A stretch of DNA of 64,000 nt from Macrostomum lignano (taxonomy: Eukaryota). The first letter of the stretch is position 1; every line of letters starts with the position of its first letter. A program made the position numbers and the translations under genes. The stretch lies in NCBI GenBank assembly GCA_002269645.1, contig NIVC01001265.1:261173-325172 (forward strand). Direction: 5' to 3'. The notes under the pieces were generated by a model. It saw only the letters and a list, made by a program, of their open reading frames with translations. It was not told the DNA's origin and did no database searches. Below, in pieces: positions 1 through 13,100 of this stretch.

Positions 1-350
<350 letters not shown>

Positions 351-351
351 G

Positions 352-3300
352 TTAGTCCAGCTGAAGTTGTATTCCTCGCGTCAGTCCGACAGCGCCAGGC
401 GCCAGCAGTTGGCGCCAGACCGAGGCGCAGTCGGGCCGATCGGCTCTCCAGGTGAGCAGCAGGGAGCCGGCGGGCTGCCACGGCAGTCGCGGCAGACTTT
501 CCGGACTGCCGAGTTCCACGGCGATCTCCAGTCGCGCTTCGGTCAGCGACGCGGCCGGCAGGGGAAACCTGACGGCTTTGTGCGACCACCGGAAATTCCC
601 GATTGACGCCGCCGCCGGACACTGCGGCGGAACGGGCGGCCACTTGCGCAGCTTGACGCAGCGGCCTCCAGGCGTCAGGCGCAGGCGGATGGCGACCCTG
701 CAGCTGTAGAGGCGTCCGGACTCCTGCGGCAGCGGTAGGGCGGTGCACTCCAGAAGGCGCACGAAGAGGTCCAGCCGTTCACCCTCTGCCGCGGCCGTCG
801 GCGTCGTCTCCAGCAGGATTCGGCCGCGGCTTTCGGGCGGACAGCTGACTGGCCGCTCCAGGCGCTTCCACATGCATAGGCGGTGAGCTCCTTGAAGGTC
901 GGGCTGGACCAGGCCGGTGCCCAGGACGATGACGCTGCTGCCCTTCCTGCTGCTGCTGTTGCTGTCAGCTGCGGAATCGAGCTTGCGACCTCTGTCTTTG
1001 GCTAAAACATCAGTTTGGTATGTTATTTTGGCATGTCCGTAATGGCTAATGAATCTGAGCTAATTGTTGCTAATGAATCTGAGCTAATTGTTGCTAATGA
1101 ATCTGGGCTAATTGTTGCTAATGAATCTGAGCTAATTGTTGCTAATGAATCTGAGCTAATTGTTGCTAATGAATCTGGGCTAATTGTTGCTAATGAATCT
1201 GAGCTAATTTTTGCTAATGAATCTGGGCTAACTGTTGCTAATGAATCTGAGCTAACTGTTGCTAATGAATCTGAGCTAATTGTTGCTAATGAATCTGAGC
1301 TAATTGTTGCTAATGAATCTGAGCTAATTGTTGCTAATGAATCTGAACTAATTGTTGCTAATGAATCTGGGCTAATTGTTGCTAATGAATCTGGGCTAAT
1401 TGTTGCTAATGAATCTGGGCTAATTGTTGCTAATGAATCTGGGCTAATTGTTGCTAATGAATCTGGGCTAATTGTTGCTAATGAATCTGGGCTAATTGTT
1501 GCTAATGAATCTGAGCTAATTGTTGCTAATGAATCGGAGCTAATTGTTGCTAATGAATCTGAGCTAACTGTTGCTAATGAATCTGGGCTAATTGTTGCTA
1601 ATGAATCTGGGCTAATTGTTGCTAATGAATCGGAGCTAATTGTTGCTAATGAATCTGAGCTAACTGTTGCTAATGAATCTGAGCTAACTCTTGCTATTAC
1701 AAGCGCGTACTATAAGCTAATTTTAGTTAATGTGCTGAGCTAATTTTAGTTAATGTGCTGAGCTAATTTCTGTTAATTTCAGTAAAATGCTTTGATCGCA
1801 CCGTAACCTCGCTCGCAGCTTCCAGTCCCAGAATTCCGATTGTCAACCGACTCATCGGTTGCCATAGCAACAATTCGCAGCAGCTCCAGCTGGATTTTGG
1901 GTTTCACAACTCCAACGAGGCGGTCGGAAATTCGGAACACCGTGGGGGCGCCCGAAGCGGTGCACCAGTTGTGAGCTGGCGATGCCGCCGTGCTGAGCTC
2001 CTCGCTCTTGAGGCGGCACGGACCGTCAAAGGTGACCACCAGGCGGCACTGGTAGCTGCTGTGCTGCTGCTCGCCAGCCTCCTCGGGCTCCCCGACCTGC
2101 TCCTGGCTGAGGCACGGCCGTGCCTTCACGATGCCGATGCTGTACATCCGCTCCGCCGGGTTGCTCTGTACAAACAGCAGCAGCAGCCAGTCTGCTGGCC
2201 CGCACGGACCTGCAAAGGTGTGGGATGGCAGCCAGTATGGTCTGGTTGGGGAATGGGTGTGGGATGGCAGCCAGTCTGGTCTGACTGGGGAATGGGTGTG
2301 GGATGGCAGCCAGTATGGTCTGGTTGGGGAATGGGTGTGGGATGGCAGCCAGTCTAATCTGATTGGGGAATGGGTGTGGGATGGCAGCCAGTCTGGTCTG
2401 ACTGGGGAATGGGTGTGGGATGGCAGCCAGTCTGGTCTGGTTGGGGAATGGGTGTGGGATGGCAGCCAGTCTGGTCTGACTGGGGAATGGGTGTGGGATG
2501 GCAGCCAGTATGGTCTGGTTGGGGAATGGGTGTGGGATGGCAGCCAGTCTGGTCTGACTGGGGAATGGGTGTGGGATGGCAGCCAGTATGGTCTGGTTGG
2601 GGAATGGGTGTGGGATGGCAGCCAGTCTGGTCTGATTGGGGAATGGGTGTGGGATGGCAGCCAGCCTGGTCTGATGGGGGATTTAACTTATGAAATTCAG
2701 AACATCTTGCTTTGTAACTTCAGTTACGAATTATCTAATGCTTAAAAAACTGTACTCACTACTATCTAAGCAGCCATTTTCAGTAGTAGCACCGCATTCA
2801 CTAAGCCAGATAATAAGTTGACTGATAGCCCCCTGATTAAGGACCCAACAATACGGGGTCTTAACAAGCTCTGAGTGGCTCATGCGTGTCAAGGCAGGGG
2901 CTTAGCTTACAGGTACGCGGACGGGCCCTCATTCCAACGCGGTTAATTGGCTGTTTCGAAAGAGTTCCGCCTACTTAATTTGGCAAAATAGCTCGGCCTA
3001 GGGGAAGCCGCTAGTTCGAACTTTGAAAGCAGGAAAGAAAAAATTTGGCAGAAAAATACACAAAGGCGCTATAGGGGTCGGAAAAAGTGAAGCGTTCATG
3101 CTCAGTTGACTAAAACAGGCCGTTAGAAGGCACCGATGAAGTGCTAGCAGACTCTAAGGAACTTTAAGGTGTATTAGAAGGAACAGGGTGTGCTAGAAGG
3201 GCAAGGTGTGCTAGAAGGGACAGGTGTGCTAGAAGGGACAGGTGTGCTAGAAGGGCAAGGTGTGCTAGAAGGGACAGGTGTGCTAGAAGGGACAGGTGTG

Positions 3301-5385
3301 CTAGAAGGGACAGGTGTGCTAGAAGGGACAGGGTGTGCTAGAAGGAACAGGTGTGCTAGAAGGAACAGGTGTGCTAGAATGAACAGGTGTGCTAGAAGGG
3401 CAAGGTGTGCTAGAAGGAACAGGTGTGCTAAAATGAACAGGTGTGCTAGAAGGGCAAGGTGTGCTAGAAGGAACAGGTGTGCTAGAAGGGCAAGATGTGC
3501 TAGAAGGGACAGGTGTGCTAGAAGGGACAGGTGTGCTAGAAGGAACAGGTGTGCTAGAAGGGACAGGTGTGCTAGAAGGGACAGGTGTGCTAGAAGGGAC
3601 AGGTGTGCTAGAAGGGACAGGTGTGCTAGAAGGGACAGGTGTGCTAGAAGGGACAGGGTGTGCTAGAAGGAACAGGTGTGCTAGAAGGAACAGGTGTGCT
3701 AGAATGAACAGGTGTGCTAGAAGGGCAAGGTGTGCTAGAAGGAACAGGTGTGCTAGAAGGGCAAGATGTGCTAGAAGGGACAGGTGTGCTAGAAGGGCAA
3801 GATGTGCTAGAAGGGACAGGTGTGCTAGAAGGGCAAGATGTGCTAGAAGGGACAGGTGTGCTAGAAGGGACAGGTGTGCTAGAAGGAACAGGTGTGCTAG
3901 AAGGGACAGGTGTGCTAGAAGGGCAAGGTGTGCTAGAGGGGACAGGTGTGCTAGAAGGGACAGGTGTGCTAGAAGGAACAGGTGTGCTAGAAGGGACAGG
4001 TGTGCTAGAAGGAACAGGTGTGCTAGAAGGGACAGGTGTGCTAGAAGGGACAAGGTGTGCTAGAAGGGACAGGGTGTGCTAGAAGGAACAGGTGTGCTAG
4101 AAGGGACAGGTGTGCTAGAAGGGACAGGTGTGCTAGAAGGGCAAGGTGTGCTAGAAGGGACAGGTGTGCTAGAAGGGCAAGATGTGCTAGAAGGAACAGG
4201 GTGTGCTAGAAGGGCAAGGTGTGCTAGAACGGACAGGTGTGCTAGAAGGGACAGGTGTGCTAGAAGGAACAGGTGCGCTAGAAGGGACATGGTGCGCTAG
4301 AACGGACAGGGTGCGCTAGAAGGGACAGGGTGTGCTAGAAGGGACAGGTGTGCTAGAGGGGACAGGTGTGCTAGAAGGGACAGGTGTGCTAGAAGGGACA
4401 GGTGTGCTAGAAGGGCAAGGTGTGCTAGAGGGGACAGGTGTGCTAGAAGGGACAGGTGTGCTAGAAGGAACAGGTGTGCTAGAAGGGACAGGTGTGCTAG
4501 AAGGAACAGGTGTGCTAGAAGGGACAGGTGTGCTAGAAGGGACAGGTGTGCTAGAAGGGACAAGGTGTGCTAGAAGGGACAGGGTGTGCTAGAAGGAACA
4601 GGTGTGCTAGAAGGGACAGGTGTGCTAGAAGGGACAGGTGTGCTAGAAGGGCAAGGTGTGCTAGAAGGGACAGGTGTGCTAGAAGGGACAGGTGTGCTAG
4701 AAGGGACAGGTGTGCTAGAAGGGACAGGTGTGCTAGAAGGGACAGGTGTGCTAGAAGGGACAGGTGTGCTAGAAGGGACAGGTGTGCTAGAAGGGACAGG
4801 TGTGCTAGAAGGGACAGGTGTGCTAGAAGGAACAGGTGTGCTAGAAGGGACAGGTGTGCTAGAAGGGACAGGCTGTGCTAGAAGGGACAGGTGTGCTAGA
4901 AGGGACAGGTGTGCTAGAAGGGACAGGTGTGCTAGAAGGGACAGGTGTGCTAGAAGGGACAGGTGTGCTAGAAGGGACAGGTGTGCTAGAAGGGACAGGT
5001 GTGCTAGAAGGGACAGGTGTGCTAGAAGGCACAGGTGCTGCTCACCATCCGCAGGCTGCACAAGCTGCAGCCTCTCCATGACATTCAAATGAAACTGGTT
5101 GCCAAGCTGTAGCTGGTCGAAGTCGAAGTCAAATTGAAACGGACCGACAGCAGCGAGCGACTCCGGCTGCACCTCGGCGATGCTGGTCTCAACGCAGGGC
5201 GTCGGCTGCGGCTTCACCAGCTGGCCGGCGACTTCGGTCGTCACTGCTGACGCCTCCCCGATGTGGACTGTCGGCTTTCGTTGTCGGCGAAGCCTGAGAA
5301 GCCACAGAGCGGCGGCCGCGGCGGCCAGCAGGACCGCAGCAGCGAAGGCGCAGGCGGCGGCGAGGCCGGCGTCTTCTGCTCGCAT
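352..5385 (-). CDS. Synaptotagmin-like membrane protein (N-terminal TM + two degenerate C2-like domains), ~465 aa, 3 exons
   Basis: Exons 5385-5046 (ATG; GTGAG donor, phase 1), 2209-1802 (TGCAG acceptor; donor at 1801, or an in-phase alternative at 1807) and 1001-352 (TTTTAG acceptor; TAA). The joined frame is open. A hydrophobic stretch [24 protein letters not shown] is followed by basic RLRRQRK. Two beta-rich C2-like segments follow ([22 protein letters not shown]...; [19 protein letters not shown]...CRVAIRL...KLRK...VRFPL...RLEIAV). The family call rests on architecture, by eye. Confidence 0.6.
1042..1700. repeat. 24-bp minisatellite (GCTAATGAATCTGAGCTAATTGTT)n, intronic
   Basis: Visible tandem array; explains the [11 protein letters not shown]. 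Confidence 0.95.
2217..2675. repeat. 39-bp minisatellite (GTGTGGGATGGCAGCCAGTATGGTCTGGTTGGGGAATGG)n, intronic
   Basis: Tandem array abutting the exon-2 acceptor. Confidence 0.95.
3165..5040. repeat. 18-bp minisatellite (GTGTGCTAGAAGGGACAG)n with 19-bp variants, intronic
   Basis: About 100 units filling most of intron 1, starting a few bases from the donor. Confidence 0.96.
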
Positions 5386-5677
5386 TTTTCTTCTTCAATT
5401 GGCCACGATTTGCTATCTCTGCTTTGCCAAGTGGCCTCTTTAAGCTTCATATCTTAGCTAGTTGCGCCTTCTTTACTTTGAAGAAGCAGAAATCACAGAT
5501 ACGGATGGCCGTGCTCAAATCCTGGATTGGCGCGGCGGGTCAGCTGGGGCCGACTGGGGCTGTCTGAGTCACTATTGTGTGCCCCATTGTGCGTTTGAGT
5601 AGCGCTAGCGGGGGACAGTGGGACAGGCTTGGGTGAGGTCTAAAAATAGAACAGTTGAGAGAGATATTCGTGTGTAC

Positions 5678-6265
<588 letters not shown>

Positions 6266-6445
6266 GCTAACCAGCAGACATCATGCCGCTCTAGACCAAT
6301 CACAGCTGAGCTGACAGGGGAAGCACAAGCTACATTCCCGCCTCATTTAAATGCCTCAGTTCGAGCTCAGGTCCTCACTGACGATAAGGAGTCTAGGTTT
6401 CTATATTCTACAGTTACCTAATACTAGATAAACCGCTGGCGGCTA

Positions 6446-6796
6446 ATGATGAGGCATCAGCCAGCCGCCCTGTTGCTATCCGCGCTGCTCTGTGTTGCTG
6501 GAGCCGCTATGGCCGGCCCGCTACGATGGCCCCAGGAATTCGGTGAGTACTTTTTAGAGCACCTTTAGATATTCAAAAGATCTGCAATAAGATCTCTAAC
6601 CCAACTGGCAGGCGTTGAAGATGACGAACTAGTGCAGCCTCCGCCTCCGCTGCCTGACTGGCCAGAAGAGCCGCTGCTTGGTACCGACTTTGGCTTCGAG
6701 GAGGTGCAGCCGCAGCCGCCGCAACAGCCGCTGATTCTGCCGCGGTTCAGCAAGAGGTGCCGACTGAATGACTACAGAGCCTGCCCGATTGGATGA
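6446..6796 (+). CDS. Small secreted prepropeptide (93 aa), candidate neuropeptide precursor, 2 exons
   Basis: Exon 1 is 6446-6542 (MMRHQPAALLLSALLCVAGAAMAGPLRWPQEF, signal-peptide-like). The 69-nt intron 6543-6611 has a GTGAGT donor, a CTCTAAC branch site and a CAG acceptor. Exon 2 (6612-6796) encodes an acidic/Pro spacer, then KR-CRLNDYRACPIG-TGA. Confidence 0.8.
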
Positions 6797-7432
6797 ACAT
6801 GGCGCTGCTTTCTCTTCTTGAAGAAAAAGTACTTTTAACAATGCGATGTTGAAGCTCCAGCAAGCTTTATATACAGTTGGCGATTAAAACAAGAAAATCA
6901 CTGGCGGATTGCAGTTTTGCCTGTTTTTTGCCGACTTGGGCGGTCATATTTTCTGTCTTGTTTTCTCAATGGATGGCTATAATTGCTATATTATTAGAAC
7001 GGAGATCAATTACAACGCAATAACATTGTATCCATGGCAGACTCAATGGATACACCAAAGAAAGCAAAGGAATTGTTGACGAATTTTGATGTCAGCTGGA
7101 ATTAGCTCTAGACGATTGTACGAGTAATTCTGCTTATTTTCAGAGATAAGCATCTGAAGGATAAAATGGGTGAACAAAGCAAAATTTTCCAGATAGCAAT
7201 TTCAGTTTTTTTGGCACTGAATTCCAAATAAAGCAAGAAAGTGTTTCGTTAGACCGGTGCACTCAACATTTTATGAAGAAAACGCTTGAAAAAATATTTG
7301 AAAATATGAAAAATATGAGCGACAAACCAATGTTGTGTTTTTTAAACAGATTTAGCAAAGATTTGCTTTTTGTACTTCATGTAAAACTAGCCTGATTTAT
7401 CTGTGAGTACATCTCACACTAAACACACAGCT

Positions 7433-7620
7433 TCCCCTGACACCGGACTCAGCCTCCCCTGACACCGGATTCAGCCTCCCCTGACCCCGGACTCAGCCTC
7501 CCCTGACACCGGACTCAGCCTCTCCTGACACCGGATTCAGCCTCCCCTGACAGCGGACTCAGCCTCCCCTGACACCGGATTCAGCCTCCCCTGACACCGG
7601 ACTCAGCCTCCCCTGACACC
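7433..7620. repeat. 22-bp minisatellite (CTGACACCGGACTCAGCCTCCC)n
   Basis: About 8 tandem units. Confidence 0.9.
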
Positions 7621-8099
7621 CAATTTGGCACCTTACAAGGAAGGGCAGCTGACAGTACCAAAGTTTTGAAGCTGGTGCTCAGCCTACAGTGCATGCACGG
7701 ATTTCAATCTCAATTGCAGAGACTCTAATTAAACAATTATTTATTAACGATGCAATGGTATCTGTCTCCTGCTCTGCCTCAGCTCAAGTAGCCAGTCGGG
7801 ACTGAAGCAAAACATTGATTTGCTTTTCTCAAGCTCCCAGTCCCAGACTAAAATGTCCCACAAATCCAAAGCACTTCAGGGAGCGCTCGTGAAACTTTAA
7901 TGAACCTTGATGGATTCGACAAGTCAACTTTGCGATTCGTTTAATTGGATGCATTGTGCGGGATTCGCAAATCTCATGGTCTATTTTTATTCAACGCACT
8001 TTTGCTTTTTGGAAGTCTGCATGGCTTCTTACTTTGAAACAATTGCTGTTGAAATTGCTTCTGGTTGCTTTGCTGTTGATTGCTATGATGATCACTGCT

Positions 8100-8410
8100 A
8101 GGCATTCGGTTGTTTTCAGTTGCTATGCTGTTGCTTGCTATATATGCCGTTGGATGCTATGCTGTTGGTTGCTAAGCCGTTGGTTGCTATGCTGCTGGTT
8201 GCTATGCTGCTGGTTGCTATGCTGTTGGTTGCTGTGTCGCTGGTTGCTATGCTGTTTGTTGCTATATATTCCATCGGTTGCTATGCTGTTGGTTGCTAAG
8301 CTGCTGGTTGCTATGCTGTTTGTTGCTATATATGCCGTTGGTTGCTATGCTATTGGTTGCTAAGTTGTTGGTTGCTATGCTGTGGGTTTCTACGCAGTGG
8401 GTTGCTATGC
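8100..8410. repeat. Degenerate ~15-bp repeat (GTTGGTTGCTATGCT)n
   Basis: Visible imperfect array. Confidence 0.8.
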
Positions 8411-10103
8411 AGCCGGAGTACAGTAGGCACTGAATCGAACTTCATTCAGTGCATTGCGCTCATCCTAACTAATACGAAATTCTGTCTAAACAAGATAAGA
8501 GCTCTTTTACCTAAATGCTGATTGACCGGGTCCTGGAAGGATAGATGGGGAAGGTACTGAGCGGTCATATCGATCCCCAGCCTGCGCTCTGGTCAGTCAG
8601 GCATTCACGCAGCTGTCATATGGAGAGCAGCTTCATTAGCCCCAGCTTGGGAGAGCTGCATAACTGGGAGAAATTTCCATATTTTATTGAAATTTTATTT
8701 ATAACAGTTGCCTTAATTATGCAGCTTGCACTTTGCTTGTGAATGATGCAATCCATTCAAACACTTGACTTCAGTGCCTGTTGGGAGTTTGAACGTAACT
8801 CAAAGCCTAATAATTTGAGTTCATTTCTCCTTTCAGCGAAATTTCCCACTGGAGCTTCTCTCGCCGGACGGATTGCGTGAGTCAAAACATTTTTGTTATA
8901 GTTTGGGATTAGTGATTAAAATATCTCGCATATTTCTATTTGACTTGCATACATTCAATCCAATTCAATTCAATTGATTTTTAGACTAATAAAGTATATT
9001 TAGATTTCAGAGCAACCACTCCGTTGTGCAGTTCGTGCTTGAAATCCCTGTCGGGAGATCCATGTGGGGAAATCCCTGTGGGGAAATCCCTTTAGGAAAA
9101 TCCCCATCAAGGAAATCTCCTGCGGGGATTTTTTATCGAAGCCCTTAATAAAAGAACCTTTTTAAGAACCGAAACAGTCAGTTTTGGGTTGTAGTTGTAC
9201 AAGTGCCGGCAAAAAGGAATATGAAAAAGAATGCTGTATTTTTATTATCCGACTGAATGTATTTTATTTCTGCACTGTTCTACTAATAGTAGCTTGATGG
9301 CTTGAAGCTAGTTTGTTATCTACAATATTTTATGTACGTATTATCAGTATGCGTACACTGAGCTGCCACAGTTAATCAACTCCTGCCCCTACTGTTCGAC
9401 TTGCCTACGCTATTAATGACTCTGCCCGCGGGCTGCACTACTTTGCTTGGTTCAGTTCAAGCAAGTTCAATAAATTAATGAATGACTAATTATCTTTCAC
9501 CATATAGCGTAGCCATTTACACAATTTCACCCGTGTTACCCGTCATAAAGTTATAGAGTAGTAAATACGCACGCAATTGGTCAAGTTCAAGATAACGTCT
9601 AAGTCTTACAGTCTTATTAATCTTACAGTCTAAGTCTAAGATAACGCACTGCGAGCCCTCTGCCCGCTCAAGTAGACAAAAATAGGTCCATCTCTCGTCG
9701 TGTCCTTTAAACCCTCTCCTTTCCTTCCCTTCTCTTCCCCAACCGACCGCCCCTCGTCGAAGCCTATGTACATTCACCAGTGTACATTGTCTTGATAAGG
9801 ATGGATGGCCGCGCAAGCCTGTTTATGCAAAGAACACAACTAGACTGCACTGACTCAGTGGGCAGGAGAAGGGCAATCCCTATTTTGCATTGTCTGCCGA
9901 GTGTGAAAAAAAGCATTGCACAATATTGTCGCAACCAACGTTCTTTAGCTTGACGCAAGCAAATTAATTTATTCCTCTGACACCAACCCCAGAATACACC
10001 CTATTTTTTATAAAAAGAACTGCCAAGGTCAAACGGAGAATATAAAAGGGCATAGAGACTAAATAGAAATTCACTTGTTAATCTGCCGCTATTACGATTA
10101 AAA

Positions 10104-13100
10104 ATGACGCAAGAAACCTTGCAGCAGCAGCAACAGCAACAAGTTCTCACTGTGCGCGGAGTCAATCTGACTGTGGAGGGTGGACGGCAGATTCTGCACA
10201 ATGTACACCTGACGGCCAAGTCTGGATCTATGCTGGCCGTTATGGGACCCAGTGGTTAGTGAGACTGAATTGTTATTATCTTTAAAATCCAATGCTAATT
10301 TACAGAATTAACATAAGCAAGCTTAGAAACTGATCACACCTGCGAATATCAGTCCAGAGATAATCACACCTGAGAATATCAGTGCAGAGATTATCACACC
10401 TGTGAATATCAGTCCAGAGATTATCACACCTGTGAATATAACTCCAGAGAAGATCACGCGTGAGAATACCAGTCTAGAGAAGATCAGATGTGAGAATACC
10501 AGTCTAGAGATCACACCTGAGTAATATCAATCCAGATATTATCACATGTGAGAATACCAGTCTAGAGAAGATCACATGTGAGAATACCAGTCTAGAGAAG
10601 ATCACATGTGAGAATACCAGTCTAGAGAAGATCACATGTGAGAATACCAGTCTAGAGAAGATCACATGTGAGAATACCAGTCTAGAGAAGATCACACGTG
10701 AGAATACCAGTCTAGTGAAGATCACACGTGAAAATACCAGTCTAGAAAAGATCACATGTGAGAATACCAGTCTAGAGAAGATCACATGTGAGAATACCAG
10801 TCTAGAGAAGATCACATGTGAGAATACCAGTCTAGAGAAGATCACACGTGAGAATACCAGTCTAGAGAAGATCACATGTGAGAATACCAGTCTAGAGAAG
10901 ATCACATGTGAGAATACCAGTCTAGAGAAGATCACATGTGAGAATACCAGTCTAGAGAAGATCACACGTGAGAATACCAGTCTAGAGAAGATCACATGTG
11001 AGAATACCAGTCTAGAGAAGATCACACGTGAGAATACCAGTCTAGAAAAGATCACATGTGAGAATACCAGTCTAGAGAAGATCACATGTGAGAATGCCAG
11101 TCTAGAGAAGATCACATGTGAGAATACCATGCAGTCTAGAGAAGATCACACGTGAGAATACCAGTCTAGAAAAGATCACATGTGAGAATACCAGTCTAGA
11201 AAAGATCACATGTGAGAATACCAGTCTAGAGAAGATCACATGTGAGAATACCAGTCTAGAGAAGATCACACGTGAGAATACCAGTCTAGAGATCACACGT
11301 GAGAATACCAGTCTAGAGAAGATCACATGTGAGAATACCAGTCTAGAGAAGATCACATGTGAGAATACCAGTCTAGAGAAGATCACATGTGAGAATGCCA
11401 GTCTAGAGAAGATCACATGTGAGAATACCAGTCTAGAGAAGATCACATGTGAGAATGCCAGTCTAGAGAAGATCACATGTGAGAATACCAGTCTAGAGAA
11501 GATCACACGTGAGAATACCAGTCTAGAGATCACACGTGAGAATACCAGTCTAGAGATCACACGTGAGAATATCGCGTATCAACCGACGGACCACGGGGGG
11601 ACCACGTCCAAGACCAGGATCAATAAAATATACGCTAAGTAACTAAGTAGCATGGCAAAAACTTAAACAGTAACTAAATTAATTTCTCAATAAAAAACGA
11701 ATCCCCATGCAGGCTCCGGCAAGACCAGCCTCATGAACCTCATCTGCGGCAGGAGGCCGCCCTCCTCAACCATGGACGGTGAAATTCTGCTCAATAATCG
11801 AAAAGTCACTTCCCGGATGAGGAAAAGCTTTGGCTACGTTACTCAGGAGGACGTCTTTTTTAGTCAGCTCACGCTCAAGCAGACTCTCTGGGTTTGTTCA
11901 ACTGTCGATATTATGGGATCTCTAATTCGGGATCAATACCTGGATGATGGGATCTCTAATTAGGTATTAATACCTGGATGATGGGATCTCTAATTAGGTA
12001 TTAATACCTTGATGATGGGGATCTCTAATTAGGTATTAGGTCTAATTACTCGTAGTGATTTATACCTGGCTAATGGGATCTCTAATTGGGGATTAATGAT
12101 TAAATGATGAGATCTCTGTTTAGAGATAAACACCTGAAAAATTGGAACAGTCTTATTATTGATTTGTGATTGCCTAAATCACTCTTCCTTACCCTTGTCT
12201 GATTTCAGTTTTTCTCCCAGGTGAAGCTGCCCAGCTCAATGACCGCCAAAGACAAGGAGAAACGAGTTAACGAAGTCGTTGAACTACTGCAGTTGACCAA
12301 GTGCCTCGATACAAGTGAGACTGTCTGCGATGTCTAACTAGCAGAGTTTATTGGGAGAACGATTAATTTCTGGGTGACCAAGTCAAGTTTCGGGGAAAGT
12401 GAAGTCTCGCTAAGTGTCACGTTAGCCGATAACTTAAAGAGTCAAATTGAGCTAAAAATAGAAATGCAAAGGAATCTCCAAGGGCACTGACCTTGGTAGT
12501 CTTAGTGACGCCCTTTCCCATATCCCCCGCAGAGATCGGCGGCATGTCAGATCAGGGCCTCTCAGGCGGTGAGAAAAAGCGAGCAAACATCGCCTGCGAG
12601 TTGCTGCGCAATCCCAAGGTGCTACTGCTGGACGAGCCGACCTCCGGCTTGGACTCCAGCCTAGCGCTCAAACTGATGGAGATCCTTGGCCGCTGGGTGG
12701 TTGAGCAGAGCAGCATCGTGGTCACCAGTATTCACCAGCCGTCGTCGCAGACGTTTCACGAGTTTCACGAACTGCTCCTGCTGGCAGACGGGCAGATCGC
12801 CTACTCGGGTAGGCGGGAGCTGATGGTGGAGTACTTTGAGGGCATCGGGGTGCCGTTCCACAAGCACTGGAATGCGGCCGACTTCATGCGTGAGTTTGTG
12901 CGCGATCTCTAATTAGCATTGCATAATTAATTAGCTGTCACCAGGTTGTCTGCTTTTTGGGAGCAGAGGGCGAGAAACTGTCACGTGTACTTAGATTTAC
13001 CTAACCGGATGTCAGGGGTTGTCAGATATTCTATGTCATTGTTTGTCGAGCATCTTGAACCCGCAGTGGAGGTGGTGAAGGAGAGCTCCCAGCACAAGGC

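Noticed and set aside
1015-1743. 242-aa 'ANESELIV' repeat ORF
   Set aside because: Translation of a stop-free 24-bp minisatellite, antisense within an intron; no splice or domain support.
3190-5092. VLEGTG / CARRDR / LAHLSL repeat ORFs
   Set aside because: All frames of one 18-bp intronic array; 19-bp variants shift the frame at random.
6900-7410. Short AT-rich ORFs and splice-like sites downstream of the peptide gene
   Set aside because: No consistent exon chain or recognisable product.
10504-11642. [10 protein letters not shown] / [10 protein letters not shown] repeat ORFs
   Set aside because: ABCG intron 1 minisatellite; Walker A splices cleanly across it.
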